From Perna viridis (taxonomy: Eukaryota), in the NCBI GenBank assembly GCA_037379345.1, contig CM074523.1, positions 30,767,678 to 30,831,677 on the forward strand: a stretch of DNA of 64,000 nucleotides, given 5' to 3'. Shown here one piece after another: positions 58,701-64,000 of this stretch (the stretch's first letter is position 1; every line of letters starts with the position of its first letter). The position numbers and the translations under genes are program-made. The notes beneath the pieces were generated by a model. That model was given only the letters and a program-made list of their open reading frames with translations. It searched no databases and was not told the DNA's origin.

Positions 58701-61700
58701 TGACTGCAATAACCCTGAAGGTATACTGTTTGTCTTCTTCAAGTTCTTTGACATGGAAAGTATTGCTGAATTTGTCGACTTTTCCGAGAAGGATCCATTC
58801 TTCTCCATCAGTGGAGGACTCAATGATATACTCAATGACTGGTGATCCACCATCTTTGTCAGGTGACTTCCAAGAGAGGTCACATGATTTGGGTGATAGA
58901 TTTGACACTTTGAGTGGACCTTTAGGCGTGTTTGGAATAGCTTTAAGTATAGAAAAAAATTATTCGATACATTTTTATTCAAATTACACATATTTCAACA
59001 AAATTATAATTTAAAGAAAAAAAAACTGATAAATTCATTATTAGCATAACCAAGGGTTGGGAATGAAATTTTAAGAAGGGCCCATTTCAGGTTTATTTCA
59101 AAGATATTCAAAATTTAATAGCTATTTTTTAACGAAACATATAGATTTCTTTTATGTGAAGGAGCCATTTCCTTGCAAAAGGCCTATAGCCCCTTGCCTT
59201 CCCAACTCCTGAGCATAACATATTGTAAACATTACTTTGCAGTACTGAAATTCTTAATAAAGAAAAAAGAAAAATACACTTTTGTCCTACAGAAAATAAA
59301 GGACTTTCCCCCTATATAATGGTATTTAAAGTACAAGAATGAAAAACAAAAGTGATGTTCATTGCATTAAGATCAATATTATTCAAAGAAATTTTTCAAA
59401 GCAACTGAGATGGAAGGATCAAAAGGTAGACAAACAGTGGTTACCAAAACAAGAGGTGTAAAAATTACTCTCCCTAAATTTATAAATTTCTACTCACTGG
59501 CTTGTTTGACAGGCCTGACTGGTTCTTTGGACTCCAGAGCAGGACTGCTTCCCTCCTCATTCTCAGCCAGTACACGGAAGTTGTATGTGTTTCCTTCAAA
59601 CATATTATTCACTTTGAATGATGTGGTATCTGGCAAGATCTTGTCCAGTTTTGTCCAGTTCGGACGTTTGTCTTCACGTCTTTCTATGATGTACCCAGTT
59701 AGAGGCTTACCTCCATCTGATTTTGGTGGTTTCCATGACAACACTGCAGACTTGTCAGTTACATCTGAGATGTCAAGTGGTCCTTCTGGTGCACTTGGTT
59801 TGTCTAAAGAGAAATAAACCTGAAGTTGCACACACTGTATACCCTCATTTGTACAGGAAGTCAATACAGTAAAACCTCTCTACACCGAACCCCTTTCTGA
59901 CTGTAGAATTTGGTCAGTTTGGACAGGTGTACATTTTATCCAGATTCAAAATACATTTAAATTGACACAATGGAACTTCAAAACTTGCCTGGTTTAGGCA
60001 GGTTTTGGATTAATTCAGGGTTCGGTTTAGACAGGTTTTCGATTAATTAAGGGTTTGGTTTAGACAGGTTTTCAGTTAATTCAGGGTTTGTGTTTAGACA
60101 GGCTCTTGGTTAATTCAGGGTTCAGTTTAGACAGGTTCTCGGTTAATTCAGGGTTCAGTTTAGACAGGCCACACTGTATTTGACAGCAACAAAAACCAAA
60201 AGCTACATATCACTGGCAGCCCAAATAATTGTGATAAAAAATCAACAGATTGACAGAATGACACACTGAATGAATGAAAAACAGAAAAGACAAAGTTGAG
60301 GTAGTGTATAATAATTCATGAAACAAACTAAAACATTAACTTTGCTTTTTGAAGTTAATTTTACAGTTTGTCTGCTTGTTCTTTTTCTTTTTTTTTTTTT
60401 TTTAGATCTGACAATAAATTCACAGAATTCACTATTAGTTTTATTTAACTCACCAAATTCATCCTAATGTACATTAAAGTTACCAAATTCATTCTCAGGT
60501 ACATTAAACTCACCAAATTCTCTCTTAGGTACAATTAACTCACCAAATTCTCTCTAAGGTACATTAAACTCACCAAATTTGTTCTTAAGTACAATAAACT
60601 CACTAAATTCACTACTGAGTACAATTATCTCACCAAATTCACTACTGAGTACAATTATCTCACCAAATTTATTTTTAAGTACAATTAACTCACCAAATTC
60701 ACTCTTGGGTACAATAGCCTTGTCAGTATCCAGGAAGTCAGATCTTCCAATGGCATTCTCTGCACAGACACGGAAGTAGTAATCTTTTCCTTCTTTCAGT
60801 TTCTCAACTGTCAGTTTACATGTCTCTCCATCAGTTTTACCAGCAGGTACGTATTTGGCTCTGGCACTGTCTCTGCTTTCTACAATGTAGGCAGTGATAG
60901 GTGATCCGCCATCTTTGGGACTTGGTTTCCATGACAATGTGACTCTATCTTTGGAGATGCTTGTGGCCTCAAGTGGTGCCTCTGGTTTGGCTGGTTTTTC
61001 TAGGGAGACAAATTTAATGGTGTTGAAAATGCAACTTTAAAAGACAATTGCCCCTACTTGGAAAATGAATTCATGCTTTTTTAAAGATTTGTTAAAATTT
61101 TTGATCGCATATCCTAAGAATAAAATAGCATGCATTCATTTAAATTATCTTAGAAAAATGGTAACCATGAGAAGAAAGGGGGCTGAAATAAAATGTGTTG
61201 TCCCTTTTAAAATTCTGCTGAAAGGCCTTGTATTTCTTAACTACAACTTTTTAATGAGATCAACAGCTTGTCCAGCCAAACTTTTCATCAAAGAACTGAA
61301 CTGGACTTTTATCATTTTATTTCAAATCTAATTCTTTACACATGTATTTGACCTACCTTTTGGTTTGCTAGGTTTAACAGAAGATTCTGTCTCAATCTGT
61401 TTACCAACACCAGCTTCGTTCTCAGCAGCCACAGCAAAGAAATAGTCCACTCCCTCCTCTAGATTCTTCACCTTGTAGTGATTATCAAAGCTCTTGACCT
61501 TGGTGACCTCTGTCCAGTCATCTGGTTGACCTTTGGCCATTCTGATGTGATAGGCTGTGACCTTTGAGTTGCCATCTGATTTGGGTTTGCCCCATTCAAG
61601 TTCAGCAAAGTCTGGACCAGTTTTGTTGACCTTGATGTAGCTTGGTGCTCCTGGTGGTACTGGAAATGAATATTCATACATTACTTTCATGAATATTCAT

Positions 61701-64000
61701 GAACAAAATTATATTTGATAACTCATTTATCAATTTCAGTTATTTAAATTCTAAATAGTTTTTCAGCCAGGTTGCTTTAAAAGTGCATATCATTAAGCAT
61801 AGCAATGATAAACATTCATTAATTAAGAAAAGATGTATGTTTGTTTGAATTTGATCACACTTACTAATTTTCTTGGAAGGTTTGACCTTCTGTTTTGTCT
61901 CAAGTGGTGAACTTTGACCTTCTTTGTTGACAGCAATGACTTGGAATACATATTCATTTCCAAGGGCAAGATCAGGTACAGTGAACTCAGTGATATCTCC
62001 TGGTACTTCTCCCACCTTTTTGAACATTGACCTTCTAGTGTCACGACCTTCAATGATGTATTTGGTCAGTGGAGTGCCTCCATCACTCTTTGGTGGTTTC
62101 CATGACAAAAGGGCAGATTTCTCTGTAATGTCAGAAACCTCGAGTGGTCCTTCTGGTGCAGATGGTTTATCTGTTAAAGAAAGAGTATAACTTATAAATT
62201 GTTATTATAAATAAGTTTTTCCTTCTGTAACATGCACTGGTTTTCACAATTTTGTCATTTTTAGAAATAGTTATAATCACAAGTGCCAAAGAACACCTTA
62301 TTATGGGCACAAGTTAAATCTTTTATATGTTCTTGGCATTAGTGATCATATTTTGGTTATTCACAACAATCTATTGATAATATAGATAATTTGTTGTTAT
62401 TTTCGACATAAATTTTCAATTTTGTGAACGGCAGTTTATTTTTGTGATATGGAAAGAATTCATGCTTCAGCATTGTTACAGATATCAGACGAGCACTAAG
62501 AATTGCAAATCAAATGAATGTCATATTTTTTTGACAATGTTTAGGCATTATTTATAAATATGAAAATGTTTAAAACTTGTACAATGTTCCATGAGAATTC
62601 TACCAGAGATACTGCAAAAACTGACATATGAAAATATGTTAACCTGATACAGTCCACGAAAAATTAGCAAATGTGAAAATGGAAAATAATGTGAAAGTAC
62701 TTTAATTTGTGAATACCAATTTTCGTGGTTTGTGATGATACACAAGTTCGTGAATTCGTGGTTTTGAGGTTTTCAGTATACACATCAATGGAAATCTCCT
62801 TTTGGTTGGTAACCAAGTTTCATGGTTTTGCCTGCCCATGAAAACCGTGAAAATTGGTATCCCAGGAACAATAATACTTTTACAGTAGGTCTACAGTAGT
62901 TTCTACACCTACCATAAGGACTCTTAGCCTTGTAAGATTGTTCAGATTCCAGAGGTTTACTCTGGCCATGTTTATTCTCAGCAATTACTCTATAGATGTA
63001 GTCCTTTCCTTCTATTAGCTTGTCAGCAACACAGGAAGTGACATCACCTTTGACCTTTTGAACTGGTGTCCACAGATTTCTTGATGGTTCACGTTTTTCA
63101 ATGACATAATTAGTAATTGGTGATCCTCCATCTGATTTTGGTGATTGCCAGGACAATGTCATTGAGTCTTTGTTGATGTCCTTGACCTCTAAAGGTCCTT
63201 CTGGTTTTTCAGGGGCAGATGGGCCTTTCTCGGCCTTGATGGAGTCTGAGGTCAGAGGTTTACTTGGGCCAACCTTATTCACGGCAGACACACGGAAGGT
63301 ATATTTCTTTCCTTCCTCCATGTCCTTGACCTTGTATGTGTTACTAAATTTATCAACTGTTCCAAGTGGAACCCAAGTCTCTCCATCTGCGGATGCCTCT
63401 ATCAGAAACTCTGAAATAGGTGCACCACCATCTTGGTCAGGTGACTTCCATGTGAGGTCACATGATTGTGGTGTGATATTCGAGATTTTGAGTGGTCCTC
63501 TTGGTGATTCTGGTACAGCTGATAAGTACAAAATCATACAATGATTGATTAATTATGATTTACCATCTTTTTTTCAGGTACCTTTGACTTGAAAGTTTAA
63601 TCAATTGAGTAAATAACTATCAAATTTGAATCTCCATTACCTTTGATTACAGTCAACAGACAAAACAAAAGCATGGCATCTTTAGTGAATTATAAATATA
63701 GTAATCAGTATGAAAGAAAGACTGAAATAAACATCATTATTTACTGAAACTTTTGCTTAAAGATCACACATAAATTGTATTTAAATTTCTCATAACTGTT
63801 CTTCTAAAAATCCCTTTATAAGAATTTAAATGTATTTTGAACCTAGTTAAACTGCCACCTGTCTTTACAGTTCAAAAGAGGTTTAGTTAGGCCAGGTTTC
63901 ACTGTAATAAAAAATTACCTGTTGGTTTAGTTGGTTTAATGGTCTCCATGGTTTCCAGTCCAGGACTGGTTCCTTCAGCATTCTCAGCCAAGACTCTGTA
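16671..64000 (-). CDS. Giant titin/twitchin-family muscle protein kinase gene, 3' portion (66 exons; >=36 FN3, Ig-Ig-FN3, kinase, 9 Ig + 1 partial Ig); 5' end outside window
   Basis: Exons bounded by GT/AG with compatible phases; FN3 motif W.PP..DGG..I..Y.....Y.FRV.A.N..G; I-set Ig motifs; kinase motifs GRGAFG, AAK, HLDLKPEN, DFG, APE. Confidence 0.95.
17248..17386 (-). CDS. Ig9 C-part
   Basis: DFQISTIG...EIFPEDEGRFMCKAVNEKG; phase 0-1. Confidence 0.92.
17634..17781 (-). CDS. Ig9 N-part
   Basis: QPKFTKKLAD...LECEVQGQPRPQITWYREG; phase 2-0. Confidence 0.9.
17960..17987 (-). CDS. 28-bp linker microexon
   Basis: DKSMEATPS; phase 1-2 required by next exon. Confidence 0.78.
18258..18417 (-). 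CDS. Ig8 C-part
   Basis: LPKSDK...DAGLYTCKA; phase 0-1. Confidence 0.92.
18711..18840 (-). CDS. Ig8 N-part (alternative acceptor possible at 18900)
   Basis: KFPPKFVVEL...KVWWEKDGKE; phase 2-0. Confidence 0.85.
19419..19467 (-). CDS. 49-bp linker microexon
   Basis: EKSELVSLSTDKPGKQK; phase 1-2 required; donor GTAAGT. Confidence 0.78.
19982..20017 (-). CDS. 36-bp acidic symmetric microexon
   Basis: APEDVDDDDLSY; TTTTAG/GTAGGC; phase 1-1. Confidence 0.68.
20580..20720 (-). CDS. Ig7 C-part
   Basis: DHVEIFYEDG...DKGTYKCVASN. Confidence 0.92.
21293..21694 (-). CDS. Truncated Ig, M/P-rich linker and Ig7 N-part
   Basis: APFFIKHLP...DCYVEG / IPMMSIPPMMGG / SPRFVEGLED...IQWFKDG. Confidence 0.88.
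22230..22408. mobile_element. GC-ended palindromic MITE (CAG.GG..GATCCAG...CTGGATCC.CC.CTG)
   Basis: Inverted ends; related copies at 6-166 and 10928-11061. Confidence 0.62.
23045..23082 (-). CDS. 38-bp linker microexon
   Basis: EEVPTDEALKAA; phase 2-1 needed to restore frame; donor GTGAGT. Confidence 0.82.
23600..23798 (-). CDS. Ig6 C-part
   Basis: TWHKG...DSGEYTARASNALG; phase 1-2. Confidence 0.9.
24073..24297 (-). CDS. S/P-rich linker plus Ig6 N-part
   Basis: ARSKSKSPPSTPTFSEEEEF...PPHFTLTLP...CSVEGYPKPY. Confidence 0.9.
24476..24651 (-). CDS. Ig5 C-part
   Basis: QKDG...DSGLYTCIAQN; phase 2-1. Confidence 0.92.
25043..25184 (-). CDS. Ig5 N-part
   Basis: RPEFVEPLHD...FSCKAVGKPMPSFRW; phase 1-2. 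Confidence 0.9.
25529..25652 (-). CDS. Ig4 C-part
   Basis: NKYGLLSLEI...DMGTFTCKAVN; phase 0-1. Confidence 0.92.
25859..26127 (-). CDS. Linker plus Ig4 N-part
   Basis: ASKEDETDS...PNFTAKL...GIPNPKITWYRDG; phase 1-0. Confidence 0.9.
26354..26653 (-). CDS. Post-kinase Ig3
   Basis: PPKFIKGLED...GFPEPEIEWYK...DSGRYMCRAVN. Confidence 0.92.
26861..27064 (-). CDS. Post-kinase Ig2, C-part
   Basis: TCRPEPEVTWYHNG...DAGQWQCEAVN. Confidence 0.92.
27343..27461 (-). CDS. Post-kinase Ig2, N-part
   Basis: HAKHDYD...PPAFTLPLIDQVKRVGETLELTVT; phase 2-1. Confidence 0.9.
27938..28236. repeat. 27-bp minisatellite, ~11 copies, intronic
   Basis: ttggttcccttgattactcttttgttg unit. Confidence 0.95.
28293..28350 (-). 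CDS. 58-bp basic linker exon
   Basis: ERKHRRRRKKLADEAMAKLQ; phase 1-2 is required to join the flanking exons. Confidence 0.82.
28655..28945 (-). CDS. Post-kinase Ig1
   Basis: MPPHAPVVQEPLED...GKPSPKITWY...DAGKYRCKAVN. Confidence 0.92.
29138..29329. mobile_element. MITE family A, truncated copy
   Basis: ttaacgaggtagacctagggtaaggg; second TIR missing. Confidence 0.72.
29654..29837 (-). CDS. Kinase C-terminal regulatory (autoinhibitory/CaM-binding-like) tail
   Basis: KKLSKLHHKDYRDKHRHKEDDLDLLPIGKISRDSAIFRK, like the twitchin tail IGRI..S.LRK; phase 0-1. Confidence 0.82.
30573..30611 (-). CDS. 39-bp symmetric microexon after kinase
   Basis: TTTTTTAG|CCCAGA...CCAAGA|GTAAGT; PREPNDDTKTLPR; phase 0-0 fits neighbours. 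Confidence 0.65.
31444..31642 (-). CDS. Kinase exon 5
   Basis: LSGYSPFAGENDLDTFANI...DAKDFIKKL...RMTIDEALAHPWLN. Confidence 0.95.
32095..32294 (-). CDS. Kinase exon 4
   Basis: PENVMF...KIIDFGLA...FGTAEFCAPE...DMWALGV. Confidence 0.95.
32461..32602 (-). CDS. Kinase exon 3
   Basis: LSGGELFDRL...YMRQICEGVRHMHRSNILHLDLK. Confidence 0.95.
32917..33117 (-). CDS. Kinase exon 2
   Basis: GAFGVVHR...WAAKFI...HEIDIMNDLHHPKLLQLHEAF. Confidence 0.95.
33277..33367 (-). CDS. Kinase exon 1 (linker, subdomain I start)
   Basis: YDASFRGDNVNPDRIKGDVLGKYIICEEIGR; phase 1-2. Confidence 0.88.
33558..33881 (-). CDS. Pre-kinase FN3 plus start of N-terminal linker
   Basis: DRPGPPEEKP...WKEPEDNGG...DVDYDSM. Confidence 0.92.
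34076..34366 (-). CDS. Pre-kinase Ig B
   Basis: PPKIVEVPPRYLDGLY...KPEAKVTW...YKINVENRLGSDSLSIPIRVI; phase 1-1. Confidence 0.9.
34885..35057 (-). CDS. Pre-kinase Ig A, C-terminal half
   Basis: YRNYREIF...ECVAKNRMGSANSKAKMEVL; phase 2-1. Confidence 0.9.
35559..35714. mobile_element. MITE family A, internally deleted copy
   Basis: gacctagggtaagggacataac...gtctacctccttaa. Confidence 0.75.
35884..35995 (-). CDS. Pre-kinase Ig A, N-terminal half
   Basis: MEAPKFTKVIEDLIGIEGQEAKFTAEVTGMPTPSVTW; phase 1-2. Confidence 0.88.
36389..36694 (-). CDS. FN3 exon, 306 bp (last of the run)
   Basis: DKPGAPPLAP...CREQK; AG/GT. Confidence 0.92.
36909..37208 (-). CDS. FN3 exon, 300 bp
   Basis: ELPSPPTSL...LKGRK; AG/GT. 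Confidence 0.92.
37823..38128 (-). CDS. FN3 exon, 306 bp (class 6)
   Basis: GPPGPPQGPL...PKKVQ; AG/GT. Confidence 0.92.
38180..38570. mobile_element. TTAA-flanked MITE related to families B/C
   Basis: ttaagtac...aagaatcagg / cctgattctt...gtacttaa inverted ends. Confidence 0.65.
39025..39330 (-). CDS. FN3 exon, 306 bp (class 5)
   Basis: EKPSKPKAPL...PKSKY; AG/GT. Confidence 0.92.
39448..39667. mobile_element. ~213-bp TTAA-flanked MITE, family A (TIR GGAGGTAGACCTA.GGTAAGGGACA; Kolobok-like termini)
   Basis: ~30-bp TIRs, TTAA on both sides, 7 copies in window. Confidence 0.85.
39869..40171 (-). CDS. FN3 exon, 303 bp (class 4)
   Basis: EKPSPPENL...PKKVI; AG/GT. Confidence 0.92.
40603..40905 (-). 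CDS. FN3 exon, 303 bp (class 3)
   Basis: DVPSIPKDL...PQRPL; AG/GT. Confidence 0.92.
41398..41703 (-). CDS. FN3 exon, 306 bp (class 2)
   Basis: ETPDAPRGPL...AKSAV; AG/GT. Confidence 0.92.
41987..42366. mobile_element. MITE family B copy (inverted), apparently nested in a CAGT-type MITE
   Basis: ttaagtagcactccag...cagctacttaa. Confidence 0.85.
42509..42811 (-). CDS. FN3 exon, 303 bp (class 1)
   Basis: KPGSPGKIK...PMRPL; donor GTTTGT. Confidence 0.9.
43099..43404 (-). CDS. FN3 exon, 306 bp (class 6)
   Basis: SPDTPEGPI...PRRAP; AG/GT. Confidence 0.92.
43888..44193 (-). CDS. FN3 exon, 306 bp (class 5)
   Basis: PPSPPVGPL...IPKSPY; AG/GT. Confidence 0.92.
44324..44862. mobile_element. MITE-like element (TAAGGCCA...TGGCCTTA) with its left end amplified as a 51-bp array (~7 copies, 44324-44667)
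   Basis: 51-bp period; the inverted right end ggcctgagaa...ttggccttag matches the unit; related single-copy element at 22791-22981. Confidence 0.8.
44954..45259 (-). CDS. FN3 exon, 306 bp (class 4)
   Basis: APGPPNNLKV...PKQPI; AG/GT. Confidence 0.92.
45755..46060 (-). CDS. FN3 exon, 306 bp (class 3)
   Basis: DKPSAPEGPL...PKKKL; AG/GT. Confidence 0.92.
46505..46810 (-). CDS. FN3 exon, 306 bp (class 2)
   Basis: GPPSAPTHPF...MKSPF; donor GTTAGC. Confidence 0.9.
47562..47861 (-). CDS. FN3 exon, 300 bp (class 1)
   Basis: APEIPIGPI...PTKPT; AG/GT. Confidence 0.9.
48175..48477 (-). CDS. FN3 exon, 303 bp (class 6)
   Basis: VPSPPKNFGV...VKEA; AG/GT. Confidence 0.92.
48628..48823. mobile_element. 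TA-flanked MITE (CTGTGAAAGTA...TACTTTCACAG type)
   Basis: Inverted ends; related copies at ~62687-62887 and ~4340-4454. Confidence 0.68.
49259..49564 (-). CDS. FN3 exon, 306 bp (class 5)
   Basis: VPSAPVGPL...AKSPY; AG/GT. Confidence 0.92.
49938..50240 (-). CDS. FN3 exon, 303 bp (class 4)
   Basis: APSPPQNVKV...VEKPK; AG/GT. Confidence 0.92.
50620..50925 (-). CDS. FN3 exon, 306 bp (class 3)
   Basis: DKPSAPQGPL...PTKKL; AG/GT. Confidence 0.92.
51178..51399. mobile_element. MITE family A, full copy in opposite orientation
   Basis: ttaaggaggtagacc...ggtctacatccttaa. Confidence 0.85.
51427..51732 (-). CDS. FN3 exon, 306 bp (class 2)
   Basis: GKPSKPVGPL...IKSPY; AG/GT. Confidence 0.92.
51909..52208 (-). 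CDS. FN3 exon, 300 bp (class 1)
   Basis: PPSAPVGPV...PKKPA; AG/GT. Confidence 0.9.
52557..52862 (-). CDS. FN3 exon, 306 bp (class 6)
   Basis: AVPSAPEGPM...VCRDA; donor GTGCTT. Confidence 0.88.
53117..53509. mobile_element. ~390-bp TTAA-flanked MITE, family B (GTAGC...GCTAC)
   Basis: Colinear with 54316-54719 and, inverted, with 41987-42366. Confidence 0.85.
53838..54143 (-). CDS. FN3 exon, 306 bp (class 5)
   Basis: KPAAPEGPL...TPKSPT; AG/GT. Confidence 0.92.
54316..54719. mobile_element. MITE family B copy
   Basis: ttaaatagctgtc...ggagtgctacttaa. Confidence 0.85.
54847..55149 (-). CDS. FN3 exon, 303 bp (class 4)
   Basis: KPSAPTGLKI...PMKPK; AG/GT. Confidence 0.92.
55503..55808 (-). CDS. 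FN3 exon, 306 bp (class 3)
   Basis: DKPSAPQGPL...PTKEI; AG/GT. Confidence 0.92.
56090..56695 (-). CDS. Double-FN3 exon, 606 bp (class 1+2)
   Basis: AVPDIPRGPL...KAKSPY; AG/GT. Confidence 0.92.
57074..57295. mobile_element. MITE family A, full copy
   Basis: ttaaggaggtag...ctacctccttaa. Confidence 0.85.
57589..57894 (-). CDS. FN3 exon, 306 bp (class 3)
   Basis: DKPSSPEGPL...PQKEI; AG/GT. Confidence 0.92.
58335..58940 (-). CDS. Double-FN3 exon, 606 bp (class 1+2)
   Basis: AIPNTPKGPL...AKSPY; AAG acceptor, GTGAGT donor. Confidence 0.9.
59498..59803 (-). CDS. FN3 exon, 306 bp (class 6)
   Basis: DKPSAPEGPL...VKQA; AG/GT. Confidence 0.92.
59865..60178. mobile_element. TA-flanked MITE (CAGT...ACTG) with its right end amplified as a 33-bp array (~5.5 copies, 59991-60168)
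   Basis: Left tacagtaaaacctctctacaccgaaccc is the inverted complement of the right end gggttcagtttagacagg..cactgta. Confidence 0.82.
60445..60715. repeat. 30-bp tandem array (9 copies) of an exon 3' end plus splice donor
   Basis: caccaaattc.....gtacaattaact every 30 bp from 60451 to 60691. Confidence 0.95.
60694..60999 (-). CDS. FN3 exon, 306 bp (class 5)
   Basis: KPAKPEAPL...VPKSEF; first of several tandem donors gives the canonical 306-bp length. Confidence 0.9.
61357..61659 (-). CDS. FN3 exon, 303 bp (class 4)
   Basis: PPGAPSYIKV...KPSKPK; AG/GT. Confidence 0.92.
61865..62170 (-). CDS. FN3 exon, 306 bp (class 3)
   Basis: DKPSAPEGPL...KPSKKI; AG/GT, phase 1-1. Confidence 0.92.
62687..62887. 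mobile_element. Same family as 48628-48823
   Basis: tgtgaaagtac...ataccaattttcgtgg...aaattggtatcc...tacttttacagta. Confidence 0.62.
62913..63518 (-). CDS. Double-FN3 exon, 606 bp (class 1+2)
   Basis: AVPESPRGPL...KAKSPY; AG/GT, phase 1-1. Confidence 0.92.
63919..64000 (-). CDS. FN3 exon, partial at window edge (class 6)
   Basis: YRVLAENAEGTSPGLETMETIKPTKPT; donor GTAATT. Confidence 0.85.

Noticed and set aside
16671-64000. Assigning the symbol unc-22/twitchin or TTN
   Set aside because: Domain order matches neither, and orthology cannot be established without a phylogeny

Overview
Eukaryotic, very AT-rich genomic DNA, probably a bivalve mollusc (inferred from repeat landscape and protein similarity, not proven). 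Positions ~16.7-64 kb hold the 3' portion of one giant minus-strand muscle gene of the titin/twitchin/MLCK family. I traced 66 GT-AG exons by hand whose phases join into one ORF of roughly 5,400 aa, and the gene continues 5' beyond the window. Domain order: at least 36 consecutive FN3 domains with no Ig between them (3-domain periodicity nested in a 6-domain super-repeat), then Ig-Ig-FN3, a catalytically intact MLCK/twitchin-type kinase with regulatory tail, nine Ig domains plus one truncated Ig separated by unique linkers, and a last exon that can either stop or splice on. This fits neither classical twitchin/projectin (Fn-Fn-Ig repeats, five post-kinase Ig) nor vertebrate titin (mixed Ig/Fn super-repeats, pseudokinase). 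Positions 1-16.6 kb have no recognisable exons; they contain a 5'-truncated RTE-like LINE with a ~48-bp target-site duplication, MITEs and a minisatellite. Introns carry several MITE families, two with tandemly amplified termini, and at least six local duplications that copy a splice junction, including a 9-copy array of one splice donor. All coordinates were read by eye and could be off by a base or two.
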